Shown here one piece after another: positions 26,801-34,551 of a stretch of 36,178 bases of DNA. Position numbers and translations under genes: made by a program. Under the pieces are notes generated by a model. The model saw only the letters and a program-made list of their open reading frames with translations. It ran no database searches and was not told the origin of the DNA. Numbering within the stretch: the stretch's first letter is position 1; each line of letters begins with the position of its first letter. The DNA comes from Anaerolineaceae bacterium UBA6801 (lineage in GTDB: Bacteria > Chloroflexota > Anaerolineae > Anaerolineales > Anaerolineaceae): contig DKFH01000167.1 in NCBI GenBank assembly GCA_002452315.1, forward strand, positions 6,392 through 42,569. Reading direction: 5' to 3'.

Positions 26801-26980
26801 AAAGCTGCTCACAACCTGGCCGCGGTTGACGTAAAACATCCACATGGGGATACCCTTCAAACCCGCCACGCCGGGCAAAAACGACGAAAAAGGACAGGTA
26901 TGGTCATAATCCGCCAGGACATAACGTCCCAGCGCATCAAAGCTGCTCATCGAGTTAATTTTTTCAACAAAATGGGTCAT
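23816..26980 (-). CDS. GH161-like beta-1,3-glucan phosphorylase
   Basis: 1054 aa; FSSFLPGVAGLKGIPMWMFYVNRGQ, RKHGDIERDYN, NFRDVNQNRR, EAGKPGWNDALNGLPG and WLENESIWMHMSYKY motifs; ATGA overlap with GH26. Confidence 0.82.
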   Translation of the reverse strand: MTHFVEKINSMSSFDALGRYVLADYDHTCPFSSFLPGVAGLKGIPMWMFYVNRGQVVSSFGVEDKDHPILEFQAANKAYQIAGLTGFRTFLNGFREGEAWQREAFAPWEAEDAQRTMFIGMNEVEIQEINPQLGYQVNVLYYMLPNMPFSGLVRRVSLRNLLDAPLNLEILDGLPGVVPYGVDDDALKSVGRTIEAWMQAENLENKLPFYRLKATPGDSAAVEAIRAGNFGLAFLGDALLPAIADPPAIFGLDTSHSRAHHFHKHGLQAVLASPQITEGRSLCAFFGAEVTLNPGASETITSLYGYSPTLSSLQSRVEFLKAPGFWEQKLQIARYITEDLTEDIHTESASTTFDGYCQQTFLDNVLRGGYPLVLGGKHIIHVYGRKHGDIERDYNQFVIPPEYYAQGNANFRDVNQNRRNDVFFVPGAGEFNIRVFMSLIQPDGYNPLVLNGLTFSIPEEKRPALLAYAEAPERLAALLEGTFTPGALLDAIISAGATIPVDDLFARAFSVAEMHLMASFEEGYWVDHWTYTQDLIESYLTVFPEKKAYLLFDSPPLPFYDSAAIVQPRSARYVLYRGKPHQLNAVHKDREKEELIKSRGADGHWVCTEHGQGEVFRLPLISKLALLSLLKYAALDPSGMGIQMEAGKPGWNDALNGLPGLFGSSMPETFELLRLVQFMIDALDEFSRDIPLPIEAGVLLEAIGRGSDQPSDLFADWVARTDALEDYRAGTRLGFDGRTQSVDFSAALRKMQAGLQAGVAAAHTFTGTIPPTYFIHEVTNYELTGTHAADGNPHVRVKGFRPSALPIFLEGPVREMKIADARGARELAQAVRESALFDRKLGMFKINVSLDDQPYEIGRLRAFTPGWLENESIWMHMSYKYLLALINAGLYDEFYDVLKTHLPAFMDPQVYGRSPLESCSFIVSSAHPDASLHGAGFVARMSGLTAEFISMWRLMTMGKQPFQLIEGELALVFAPALPGWLFKSDGTFRFRCLGTCTVTVHNPDRRDTWDEGLKIQRIDLHSGDETIRIDGGLIQAPYAEGVRQGEFDAIDLFF

Positions 26981-28059
26981 GGCAGCATTCCCGGATAGGT
27001 GTCTAACCAGTAATCATCGGCCACCGCCTGGCGGTAAGCCTCTAAGGCCGCTTCGGAGGAATTGATCCGCCAATCAGTTTCCTTGGCAATGTGAAACCAA
27101 ATCAGACCCCTGATTTGCGGAAAATCGTGTCGGATGTTGTCGAAGGCATCCCGGATCCAGGCAGCTTTATCCCCGCCCTCTTCGGTCGAGGAGAACTCAC
27201 CAATGATGATGGGCTTTTCTGGGTTGATGGCTTGCAGTTCAGCATAGCTGCTGGCAAAGATCTCATGGAAAGACTGCCACCGGGCGTTAAATTGCTGCCC
27301 AAAAGCCGATTCCCCCCAATTATAGCCATCAAAACACAGCCAATCGACATAATCATCGCCTTGGTAGTAGGCCGCAGCATTATTCCAGGCGCCCAGGGCA
27401 TTTTCCATCACCTCGAAAGGCGCATTCGGGCACCACACCCACAGGACATTATCCGCACCGTGGGCAAGAAAGGTGTCGTGCACATGGCGATAGGCATCCA
27501 CATAACGCTCTGGCCCATCGGCAAGATCGGGGGAACCATAACCGCCCGTTTGGCCGCCGCCGTTTTTAATCCCGGACAAGGGGTACCAATCCCCGTTCAT
27601 CTCATGCGCAAAACGGAGGAAAACGGGCACGCCAACCGATCTGGCACCCTCCGCCCAACGGATGAGCGTGTCATCATAGACCCCATCGATAATTGCCTCA
27701 AGCACTCTGCCTTCGTAGTCCGCCACCTGCTGGGTGGCACCCGGCGTAAATTCCCACGTCAAAAAGGTGATCCGGCCCACAGCGGCATGTCCCAGGACAA
27801 ACCCGTTCGGAAATTCACTGGCAAAGCTGGAGTAATTGGCTGAGATGGCAACGCCCTTACCGATTTTCTCAAACAAGACCACACTGGAACTCTGCGTCCC
27901 ATGAAAAGTACCCAAATAACCCCCGGGGATTTCCTCGTAAGCCTTTGCCTTTATAGTTGGCTCAACCAAATGTTCTTCCTCCACAAATTCCGCCTGACAA
28001 CCGGCTAATAAAAATAGCAACAACAGAACAGACACACAGATAATGTACTTTATTTTCAT
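26977..28059 (-). CDS. GH26 lipoprotein, lichenase (beta-1,3-1,4-glucanase)-like
   Basis: LLAGC lipobox; RFAHEMNGDWY acid/base, DGYNWG, KPIIIGEF nucleophile. KETDWRINSS..AL.AYR resembles the Clostridium Lic26A module. Confidence 0.85.
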   Translation of the reverse strand: MKIKYIICVSVLLLLFLLAGCQAEFVEEEHLVEPTIKAKAYEEIPGGYLGTFHGTQSSSVVLFEKIGKGVAISANYSSFASEFPNGFVLGHAAVGRITFLTWEFTPGATQQVADYEGRVLEAIIDGVYDDTLIRWAEGARSVGVPVFLRFAHEMNGDWYPLSGIKNGGGQTGGYGSPDLADGPERYVDAYRHVHDTFLAHGADNVLWVWCPNAPFEVMENALGAWNNAAAYYQGDDYVDWLCFDGYNWGESAFGQQFNARWQSFHEIFASSYAELQAINPEKPIIIGEFSSTEEGGDKAAWIRDAFDNIRHDFPQIRGLIWFHIAKETDWRINSSEAALEAYRQAVADDYWLDTYPGMLP

Positions 28060-28257
28060 AGGTCAGCCTTTTAACACAAATCAATGCTCCTGTGCAGGGC
28101 AATTGACGATGATCACTGAGATAAGTTATACTTGCTCACGCTGCGACTGATCCCAGCACATTCAACAGCAGGTATTCCGAATTCATTAACGGCTCGATCG
28201 TATATAGCGACGGCATCGGCTGCCCGCATCACGCCGTCCTCTTTAAGGTTGGAACAC

Positions 28258-29157
28258 CTACACCATATCTGGCCGCTGATACACCCGGACGTGATCCACA
28301 AGCAAAAATTGCGGAAAGACAGTGGTCTCATCAGGATCACCAGGCCAATAGCCGCCGACCGCCAGGTTGATCAAAATGAAATAGGGCTTATCAAAGACCC
28401 ACTCACCGGGCACCTGCTCAGGGGTAAGGGTGAAGAAGTGCTTATCGTCAACGTACCAGCGGATCTCGTTTGGTTCCCATTCGATGGCATAGGTATGAAA
28501 ATCTTCCGAAAGGCTCCCGGCAGGAAAGGTCGTGAAGTGCCCCACACCACCGCTCCCAGAATAGCCTGGGCCGTGCACCATGCCATAGATGCGGGTGGGT
28601 TCGCGGCCAATGTGCTCCATAATATCAATTTCACCGCTGGCAGGCCAGGAGATGAGGTCAACATCCTCACCCAGCATCCAGAACGCAGGCCAGATGCCGT
28701 TTCCATACGGCAGTTTCATGCGTGCTTCCACGCGTCCATAAGTGAAGGAAAATAAACCCTGTGTCTTAATCCGTCCGGAGGTGTAATGCCGCCGGACAAA
28801 AAATTCATTTCGCGCCTCAATCACCAGTTGGCCATCTTCCAAACGCACATTTTCCGGCAGATCGGTATAAAATTGCTTCTCGTTATTGCCCCAACCGTGG
28901 CCGCCGATTTCCATGACCCATTTGGATGGGTCGAGCGCTTCGCCATCAAACTCATCCGCCCAAATGAGGGTCCAACCTGCGCGTTCCCACTCCGGTGTGG
29001 GTTCAGGGGTCGGCGCAAGAGTCGGTTCTGGCGGCTGTTCAACCAGCAGCGCGGTCTGCTGTTCCGTCTCAACGCTGCAGCCAGCAAAGAGAAGGAGGAA
29101 TAACCCCAATACAATAAAACGGTTTAACCAAAGATTATTTTTCAAGTCCATGTCCAT
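28258..29157 (-). CDS. GH16 laminarinase-type endo-beta-1,3(4)-glucanase lipoprotein (start 29151-29181 uncertain)
   Basis: LFAGC lipobox; WADEFDG, GWGNNE, WPAFWMLG, catalytic EIDIME and NLAVGGYWPG motifs. Confidence 0.92.
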   Translation of the reverse strand: MDMDLKNNLWLNRFIVLGLFLLLFAGCSVETEQQTALLVEQPPEPTLAPTPEPTPEWERAGWTLIWADEFDGEALDPSKWVMEIGGHGWGNNEKQFYTDLPENVRLEDGQLVIEARNEFFVRRHYTSGRIKTQGLFSFTYGRVEARMKLPYGNGIWPAFWMLGEDVDLISWPASGEIDIMEHIGREPTRIYGMVHGPGYSGSGGVGHFTTFPAGSLSEDFHTYAIEWEPNEIRWYVDDKHFFTLTPEQVPGEWVFDKPYFILINLAVGGYWPGDPDETTVFPQFLLVDHVRVYQRPDMV

Positions 29158-31048
29158 AAGGGAATAGTGGTTCAGTATCATAACTGCCTAACGGAAGCTG
29201 GTCCATTGAGGCCGGCCAGGTGAAGGGTGTCTTGCCCACAAAAGGCGCATCGCCAAAGAGCACATCGGCGACGCCCTGCCCCTCGGTGCCGGGCAGCCAG
29301 ACGGCCACCCAGGCATCCGCTAGGTCGAGGGCTTTGGTGATCACCAACGGGCGCCCGGACATGACCAGGACCACCACACGCTGGCTGCGTTCGGCCACGC
29401 GGGTAATCAATTCAAGCTCTATGTCACTGAGGGTCAGGTCATCCGTATCGCCTTCGCCCTCTGCGTAAGGATCCTCAGAGATCACCACGATGCCCACATC
29501 CGCAATGGCCGGGTTGCCGTTAGCATCCAGGATATTTTCATACCTGCCAAAGCGGTTATATTGAAGCTGTCCGTCAAAGGCCACTTCAAAGGCCTGTTTC
29601 AAGGTCGTTCCGGGCGTGATGGCGCCTTTAGACCCCTGCCAGGAAATCGTCCAGCCGCCGCATTGGATACCAATATCATCAGCCCCCTCGCCCGCCAAAA
29701 AGATCAATGAGGTATCCTTGCTAAGGGGTAAAACATCGTCATCGTCCTTCAACAGGACCAGCGATTTTGCCACGGCTTCCCTGGCCAGGTCACGATGCGC
29801 CTGAGATCCCACCATGTCAAGCAGTGCCGGGTCGGAAAAGGGGTTTTCAAACGACCCCATCTGGAACTTGACCGTCAGGATGCGGCGCACCGCATCATCG
29901 ACACGATCCATGGGGATATCGCCATTTTCGACCGCCTTGGTCATCGTGTCGATAAACAGGGTATGGCTGTAGGGCACCATGTTCATATCAATGCCGGCGT
30001 TGATGGCCGTCACCACCGATTGGTAATAATTGGGGCCAATCTGGTCGATGGCCTGCCAATCGGAGACCAGGAAGCCCTCAAACCCCAGTTCGTCTTTGAG
30101 CACATCAGTGAGCAGATAGGCGTGCCCGTGTAATTTGGTGCCGTTCCAGCTGCTGTAAGAGGCCATGATCGATAGCGCGCCGGCATCAATGTTGGCCTTG
30201 TAGGGCGGTAAATGAACTGCGCGCAAGGTGGCTTCATCTACTTGCAGGTCACCCTGGTCGATCTCCCAACCCGAGCGCAGCGACGTACCCCACAAGGTGC
30301 CGCCATCGCCGACATAGTGTTTGGGGGTGCCCAGGGCCGTCAGGGGGTCAGCCAGGTCCGCACCTTGCAAACCCTCCAGGTAGGCCACGCTCAACTCCGT
30401 CACCAAATCGGTGTTCTCACTGAAGACCTCATAGGTGCGGCCCCAGCGGATATCCTGGCCCACAGCCAAAACAGGGGCATAATTCCAATGAATATTGGTG
30501 GCAGCCATTTCCAAAGCAGTCACCCGGGCAATCTCTCGCACCAGGTCAGGGTCCCGGGCAGCGCCCAGGCCGATGTTGTGCGGAAAGATGACTGCGCCCT
30601 TCACATTGCTGTGACCGTGAACGGCGTCAACGCCATAAATGAGCGGGATCGCCAGGGGCGTATCCAGGGCGGCCGCCTGGTAGGCATCCACCATTTCTAC
30701 CCAGGCTTGAGGGGTGTTCTCACGTGGCGCACCGCCGCCTCCGCTGAGCACAGCGCCCACGTAGTAATCACGCACAGCAACTGGGGTGATGCTGCCCTTT
30801 TCAATCAATGTCATCTGGCCGAGCTTTTCTTCCAGGGACATGCGACTTAGCAGATCAGCAGCCCGGTCAGCCGCCGGCAGGTCAGGATTGAGATAATCCG
30901 GGATTAAAATTTCTACCGACGCCTCAAGCGTGCTAGCTGCCTGGGTAGCCTGTTCGACCTGCGGGCGCTCGACAACCGTCTCAGCCGTTGGCTGACAAGC
31001 AGAAAGGGGGATTAAGATCAATAATGCCAGTAAAAAAAGTTTCTTCAT
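29135..31048 (-). CDS. GH3 beta-glucosidase / exo-beta-glucanase lipoprotein
   Basis: LSAC lipobox; DAVHGH, KHYVGDGGT, nucleophile SDWQ, GGWTISWQG and PYAEGEGD motifs (ExoI-like subgroup). Confidence 0.93.
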   Translation of the reverse strand: MKKLFLLALLILIPLSACQPTAETVVERPQVEQATQAASTLEASVEILIPDYLNPDLPAADRAADLLSRMSLEEKLGQMTLIEKGSITPVAVRDYYVGAVLSGGGGAPRENTPQAWVEMVDAYQAAALDTPLAIPLIYGVDAVHGHSNVKGAVIFPHNIGLGAARDPDLVREIARVTALEMAATNIHWNYAPVLAVGQDIRWGRTYEVFSENTDLVTELSVAYLEGLQGADLADPLTALGTPKHYVGDGGTLWGTSLRSGWEIDQGDLQVDEATLRAVHLPPYKANIDAGALSIMASYSSWNGTKLHGHAYLLTDVLKDELGFEGFLVSDWQAIDQIGPNYYQSVVTAINAGIDMNMVPYSHTLFIDTMTKAVENGDIPMDRVDDAVRRILTVKFQMGSFENPFSDPALLDMVGSQAHRDLAREAVAKSLVLLKDDDDVLPLSKDTSLIFLAGEGADDIGIQCGGWTISWQGSKGAITPGTTLKQAFEVAFDGQLQYNRFGRYENILDANGNPAIADVGIVVISEDPYAEGEGDTDDLTLSDIELELITRVAERSQRVVVLVMSGRPLVITKALDLADAWVAVWLPGTEGQGVADVLFGDAPFVGKTPFTWPASMDQLPLGSYDTEPLFPYGHGLEK

Positions 31049-31052
31049 AACC

Positions 31053-32408
31053 TCACTCAAATTTCAATAACGTAATCGAATAACCAGGTAGATGCAATGA
31101 TTCCAAGATGTCCCCTGCGAAATCAGTTCGTTCCTGCAGCAGGTCAGCCTGGTCAAACCGCCATACCTCAACCAGGGAGAGGCCATCACCCTCAACAATG
31201 ACCGGGCGGGACTGATCCGCCGACCCTAAGTTGACCACAACGACGGCCAGGCTGCCTTCAGCATCCGTGGCCGCGTAAATGCCCAGGTTCAGGTCGTCAC
31301 AGCCCGCAAAAACCAGGGTTTCGCCAAGTTCCTGGTAGATCTGGTAAACAAAATAGGTCGGCCGCGGTTCAGATCGAGCCAGCAAGCCATACCCGCCGGT
31401 GCTGGGGTTGCTTTGGAGCGAAAAATAATTCACCATCGCCACCTGGTTCTTGATCATCCGCCCCAATGCATCTGCCCACCAGATAGCATTCATGTACGAA
31501 TCGGGCGTCGCTTCGCCGCCCACCGCGTTTGACCAGTGCGAATTGACTTCGGTCACCGCGATGGGCAGGTCACGGCCAGTTTTTTCAAGAATTAAATCGC
31601 GTAGATAGGGGATGATCTGGTCCCACTCCGCCGAGGCCGCAGCCAACTCCTCAACGGTGGCTGCGCGCCCCCCGCCTTCCCGCGGGAAAGGATAGCGGTG
31701 GATGGAGACGATATCCACCAGGTCTCCGTTGGCCACGAGAAATTCGGTCATCCAATCCAAGCTGAAGGGGTCTTTAGGCGTGCTGGCCAGGTCAGGCCCA
31801 AATTGGTGCAGCTCCGGCCCGATCAAGAGGATCGACTCATCGACCGCCTTCATCGCCTCAGCAAAGGCGCGCCATTCAGCATTAAATTGTTCCACACCAT
31901 ATTCCGGGACGCCGCGCGAGGTGGCAAACAGGGTCGGTTCGTTCCCAATGGCCCAATAGCGAATGTCGTAGTCATTTTCGATGTTGGCATACCGCACCAG
32001 GTCGGCAGCTTTTTCAGGCGAGCCGCCAAACAAACGCGCATTCAGGCTGACCTCACTCCCCATCTCACGGGCCAGGCTGACAAACATATCCACATGGTAG
32101 GGCTGCAAATCGTTCTCGTCACCCCAGTTACCCCCGGGGGAGCGCAGCATGGTCACCCCTGACGCCTGCGCATAGGGCAGGGTCTGATCGGTGATGACCG
32201 CCCAGGGTCCGTGATTGGCACCATACACCAGGGGATTGATCGGCCCCAAATCAATATCCGGGGCGACCAGGCAGGCCCCCGGCGGCACGGTCGGCGTGGG
32301 TATGGGTTCTGAAATTAATGCGGGTTGAGGGGAACAAGCGGCAAACAATGCCAGGACAACTGCCAGCACGAATAACAGGACACATCGGGATTGGCAGTTG
32401 TCTGGCAT
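31053..32408 (-). CDS. Clan GH-A-like glycoside hydrolase lipoprotein (family uncertain; GH44/51/79-like)
   Basis: FAAC lipobox; LRSPGGNWGD, WAIGNEP acid/base, SIHRYP, AVTEVN nucleophile; beta-rich C-terminus. Confidence 0.75.
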   Translation of the reverse strand: MPDNCQSRCVLLFVLAVVLALFAACSPQPALISEPIPTPTVPPGACLVAPDIDLGPINPLVYGANHGPWAVITDQTLPYAQASGVTMLRSPGGNWGDENDLQPYHVDMFVSLAREMGSEVSLNARLFGGSPEKAADLVRYANIENDYDIRYWAIGNEPTLFATSRGVPEYGVEQFNAEWRAFAEAMKAVDESILLIGPELHQFGPDLASTPKDPFSLDWMTEFLVANGDLVDIVSIHRYPFPREGGGRAATVEELAAASAEWDQIIPYLRDLILEKTGRDLPIAVTEVNSHWSNAVGGEATPDSYMNAIWWADALGRMIKNQVAMVNYFSLQSNPSTGGYGLLARSEPRPTYFVYQIYQELGETLVFAGCDDLNLGIYAATDAEGSLAVVVVNLGSADQSRPVIVEGDGLSLVEVWRFDQADLLQERTDFAGDILESLHLPGYSITLLKFE

Positions 32409-32428
32409 GATTCACCCATACAGTAAGT

Positions 32429-33496
32429 CTATTTTTCCACGCCCGTGATGACCACACCTTGCATGAAGATGCGCTGGGCAAAGAAGAAGATAATCACCGG
32501 GATCACAGCGGAGATCAACGACGCCGCCTGGATCAGGTTGGTTTGGCCAGAATAGAGGTTATTGAAGGCCGTCAAACCGATCGTGATCGGGAATTTTTCG
32601 GGATGTCCCACCAGGTAGATCAGGGGATTGAAGTAGTCATTCCAGGCCCAGAAGAAGTGGAATAGCGAAACAGCAGTGAGCGCCGGGACCGCTTGAGGCA
32701 GGATGATCGAGATGAAAATCCTGATCGGGCTGGCGCCATCCATCATGGCAGCTTCATCCAGGTCCAGCGGGATCGACATGATAAATTGGCGGATCAAGAA
32801 CACATTCGTGCCCCAGCCAAAGAAGGCCGGGATCATCAACGGCAGCCAGGTGCCGACCCAGCCCAGTTGCAGGTAGACAAAATACGTCGGGATCAATGTC
32901 ACCGCGCCCGGCAAAATCACCGTCGAGAGCATGAGCATGAAGAGCACGTTTTTCTTGGGAAAACGGAAGCGGGCAAAACCATAGGCCACCAGCGCCGATG
33001 AAAACACCGCGCCAAAGGTGGTGATACCTGCATACTTGATCGTATTCCACAGCAGTCTGGGGAAGTTGATCGTATCCCAGGCTTCCCGGAAATTGCCCCA
33101 TTGCGGGTCGAATTCCCAATCGCGGTCTAACGCCCGCCAGGAGCCCTGCCAGGTGATCAGCCCTTCTTCCGGGTTTTCGATATCAACAAATTGGCTTTCC
33201 TGCCTGCCCGGTACCACCAGCGCCATGTCTCTGATGCTCCCATCCTCCATCGGCACCAGATAAACAGGATAGGTATCCCCCTCAAATTCAAATTGCGCTT
33301 CTGTGGCCGGCCACCAGGGTGCCCCGATCTGGCTGAACTGGGCATCGGTCTTTAAAGCCGTCACGATACCATAGAACAACGGGATCAAGAACAGGATCAG
33401 TATCGCCAGGGATAAACCGGTCACCAAGGCAGCGGTTATGCCGTTGCGGACTTTACGCGACAGAGGTTTGCGGATTTTTTTATCTTGATTGCTCAT
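32429..33496 (-). CDS. Carbohydrate ABC transporter permease (MalG type)
   Basis: EAA motif DLDEAAMMDGAS; WNDYFNP; ATGA overlap with the upstream permease. Confidence 0.95.
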   Translation of the reverse strand: MSNQDKKIRKPLSRKVRNGITAALVTGLSLAILILFLIPLFYGIVTALKTDAQFSQIGAPWWPATEAQFEFEGDTYPVYLVPMEDGSIRDMALVVPGRQESQFVDIENPEEGLITWQGSWRALDRDWEFDPQWGNFREAWDTINFPRLLWNTIKYAGITTFGAVFSSALVAYGFARFRFPKKNVLFMLMLSTVILPGAVTLIPTYFVYLQLGWVGTWLPLMIPAFFGWGTNVFLIRQFIMSIPLDLDEAAMMDGASPIRIFISIILPQAVPALTAVSLFHFFWAWNDYFNPLIYLVGHPEKFPITIGLTAFNNLYSGQTNLIQAASLISAVIPVIIFFFAQRIFMQGVVITGVEK

Positions 33497-34470
33497 TTTC
33501 GTTCCTCCGCTGCGTAATAGACCCAGTATTTAGCAGTGCCAAACAACACAATCGTCAGGATCAACGAGACAATAAACATTAACCAGGCTAAAGTCGCACC
33601 GTAGCCCATGTTAAAGAATGAGAACGATTGCTTATAAAAATAAACCATGTAGAAACGGGTCATCCCCTGGGGAAAACCTGTCCCGGCGTTAAGCACAAAC
33701 GGCGCCAAGAAGTACTGTAATGAACCGATCACCCCCAACACGAGCTGGTAAAAAATGACCGATGTAATCATGGGGATGGTGATCCTGAACAAGCGGGTGA
33801 GCCAGCTGGCGCCATCAATCTCTGCCGCCTCATAAAGCTCCGTCGGCACGCCCTGCAAGCCGGCCAGGAAGATGATCATGGCGTTACCCACACCCCACAG
33901 GCCAAACATGGTATAGGCATAATAGACCAGGTTCGGGTCCGCCAGCCAGCGTAAACCCTGGGTGCCCGTGGCTTGAATGCCTGTCAACTGTTCAATGATG
34001 ATATTGATCCACCCGGTCTGCTCATTTAGCACCCCATTCCAAATCAGGACGGTGGCGACCAATGGGATCATTGAGGGCATGTAAAACAAGGTCCGGAAGA
34101 GCGCTTTCCCGATCACATTCTTCGAGTTGAGCAGAATGGCCAGGAACAACGCAAAAAATAAGCTGATCGGCAAAGAAATGGCCGCGAAATGCAGGGTCCG
34201 TGTAAAGGACAGCAGCACTTCCCGGTCAACAAAAAGGGCCCGCTCCCAGTTGGCCAGGCCAATGAAGACCGTGTCTTCTGGCACCGCGGGCGTATAGCGT
34301 AATAACGAGAAAACAAACGAAGCGATCATGGGGAGCAAATAAAAGAGCAAAAACCCAATCATCCACGGGCTGAGGAAGAACAACCCCCAGCGGGCTTCTT
34401 TTTTCCGAGCTTCGGTCATGGGTTCTTTAGCTTCAGTTTTTAGCGATCGGGCAGCATCTAATACTGTCAT
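33493..34470 (-). CDS. Carbohydrate ABC transporter permease (MalF type)
   Basis: FLAGLQGVPTELYEAAEIDGAS motif; multiple TM helices. Confidence 0.95.
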   Translation of the reverse strand: MTVLDAARSLKTEAKEPMTEARKKEARWGLFFLSPWMIGFLLFYLLPMIASFVFSLLRYTPAVPEDTVFIGLANWERALFVDREVLLSFTRTLHFAAISLPISLFFALFLAILLNSKNVIGKALFRTLFYMPSMIPLVATVLIWNGVLNEQTGWINIIIEQLTGIQATGTQGLRWLADPNLVYYAYTMFGLWGVGNAMIIFLAGLQGVPTELYEAAEIDGASWLTRLFRITIPMITSVIFYQLVLGVIGSLQYFLAPFVLNAGTGFPQGMTRFYMVYFYKQSFSFFNMGYGATLAWLMFIVSLILTIVLFGTAKYWVYYAAEERK

Positions 34471-34494
34471 ATCATCACCTCACACCCTTTTTGA

Positions 34495-34529
34495 TTTCAG
34501 CCTGGGCATCGATCTCGCCCAGGCTGAAA
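34495..34529 (-). promoter_or_regulatory. Intercistronic stem-loop after the solute-binding protein gene
   Basis: TTTCAGCCTGGGC and GCCCAGGCTGAAA form a perfect 13-bp stem; no U-tract follows in the minus direction. Confidence 0.7.
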
Positions 34530-34551
34530 ACAAATTTCTATTCGTTAGATG

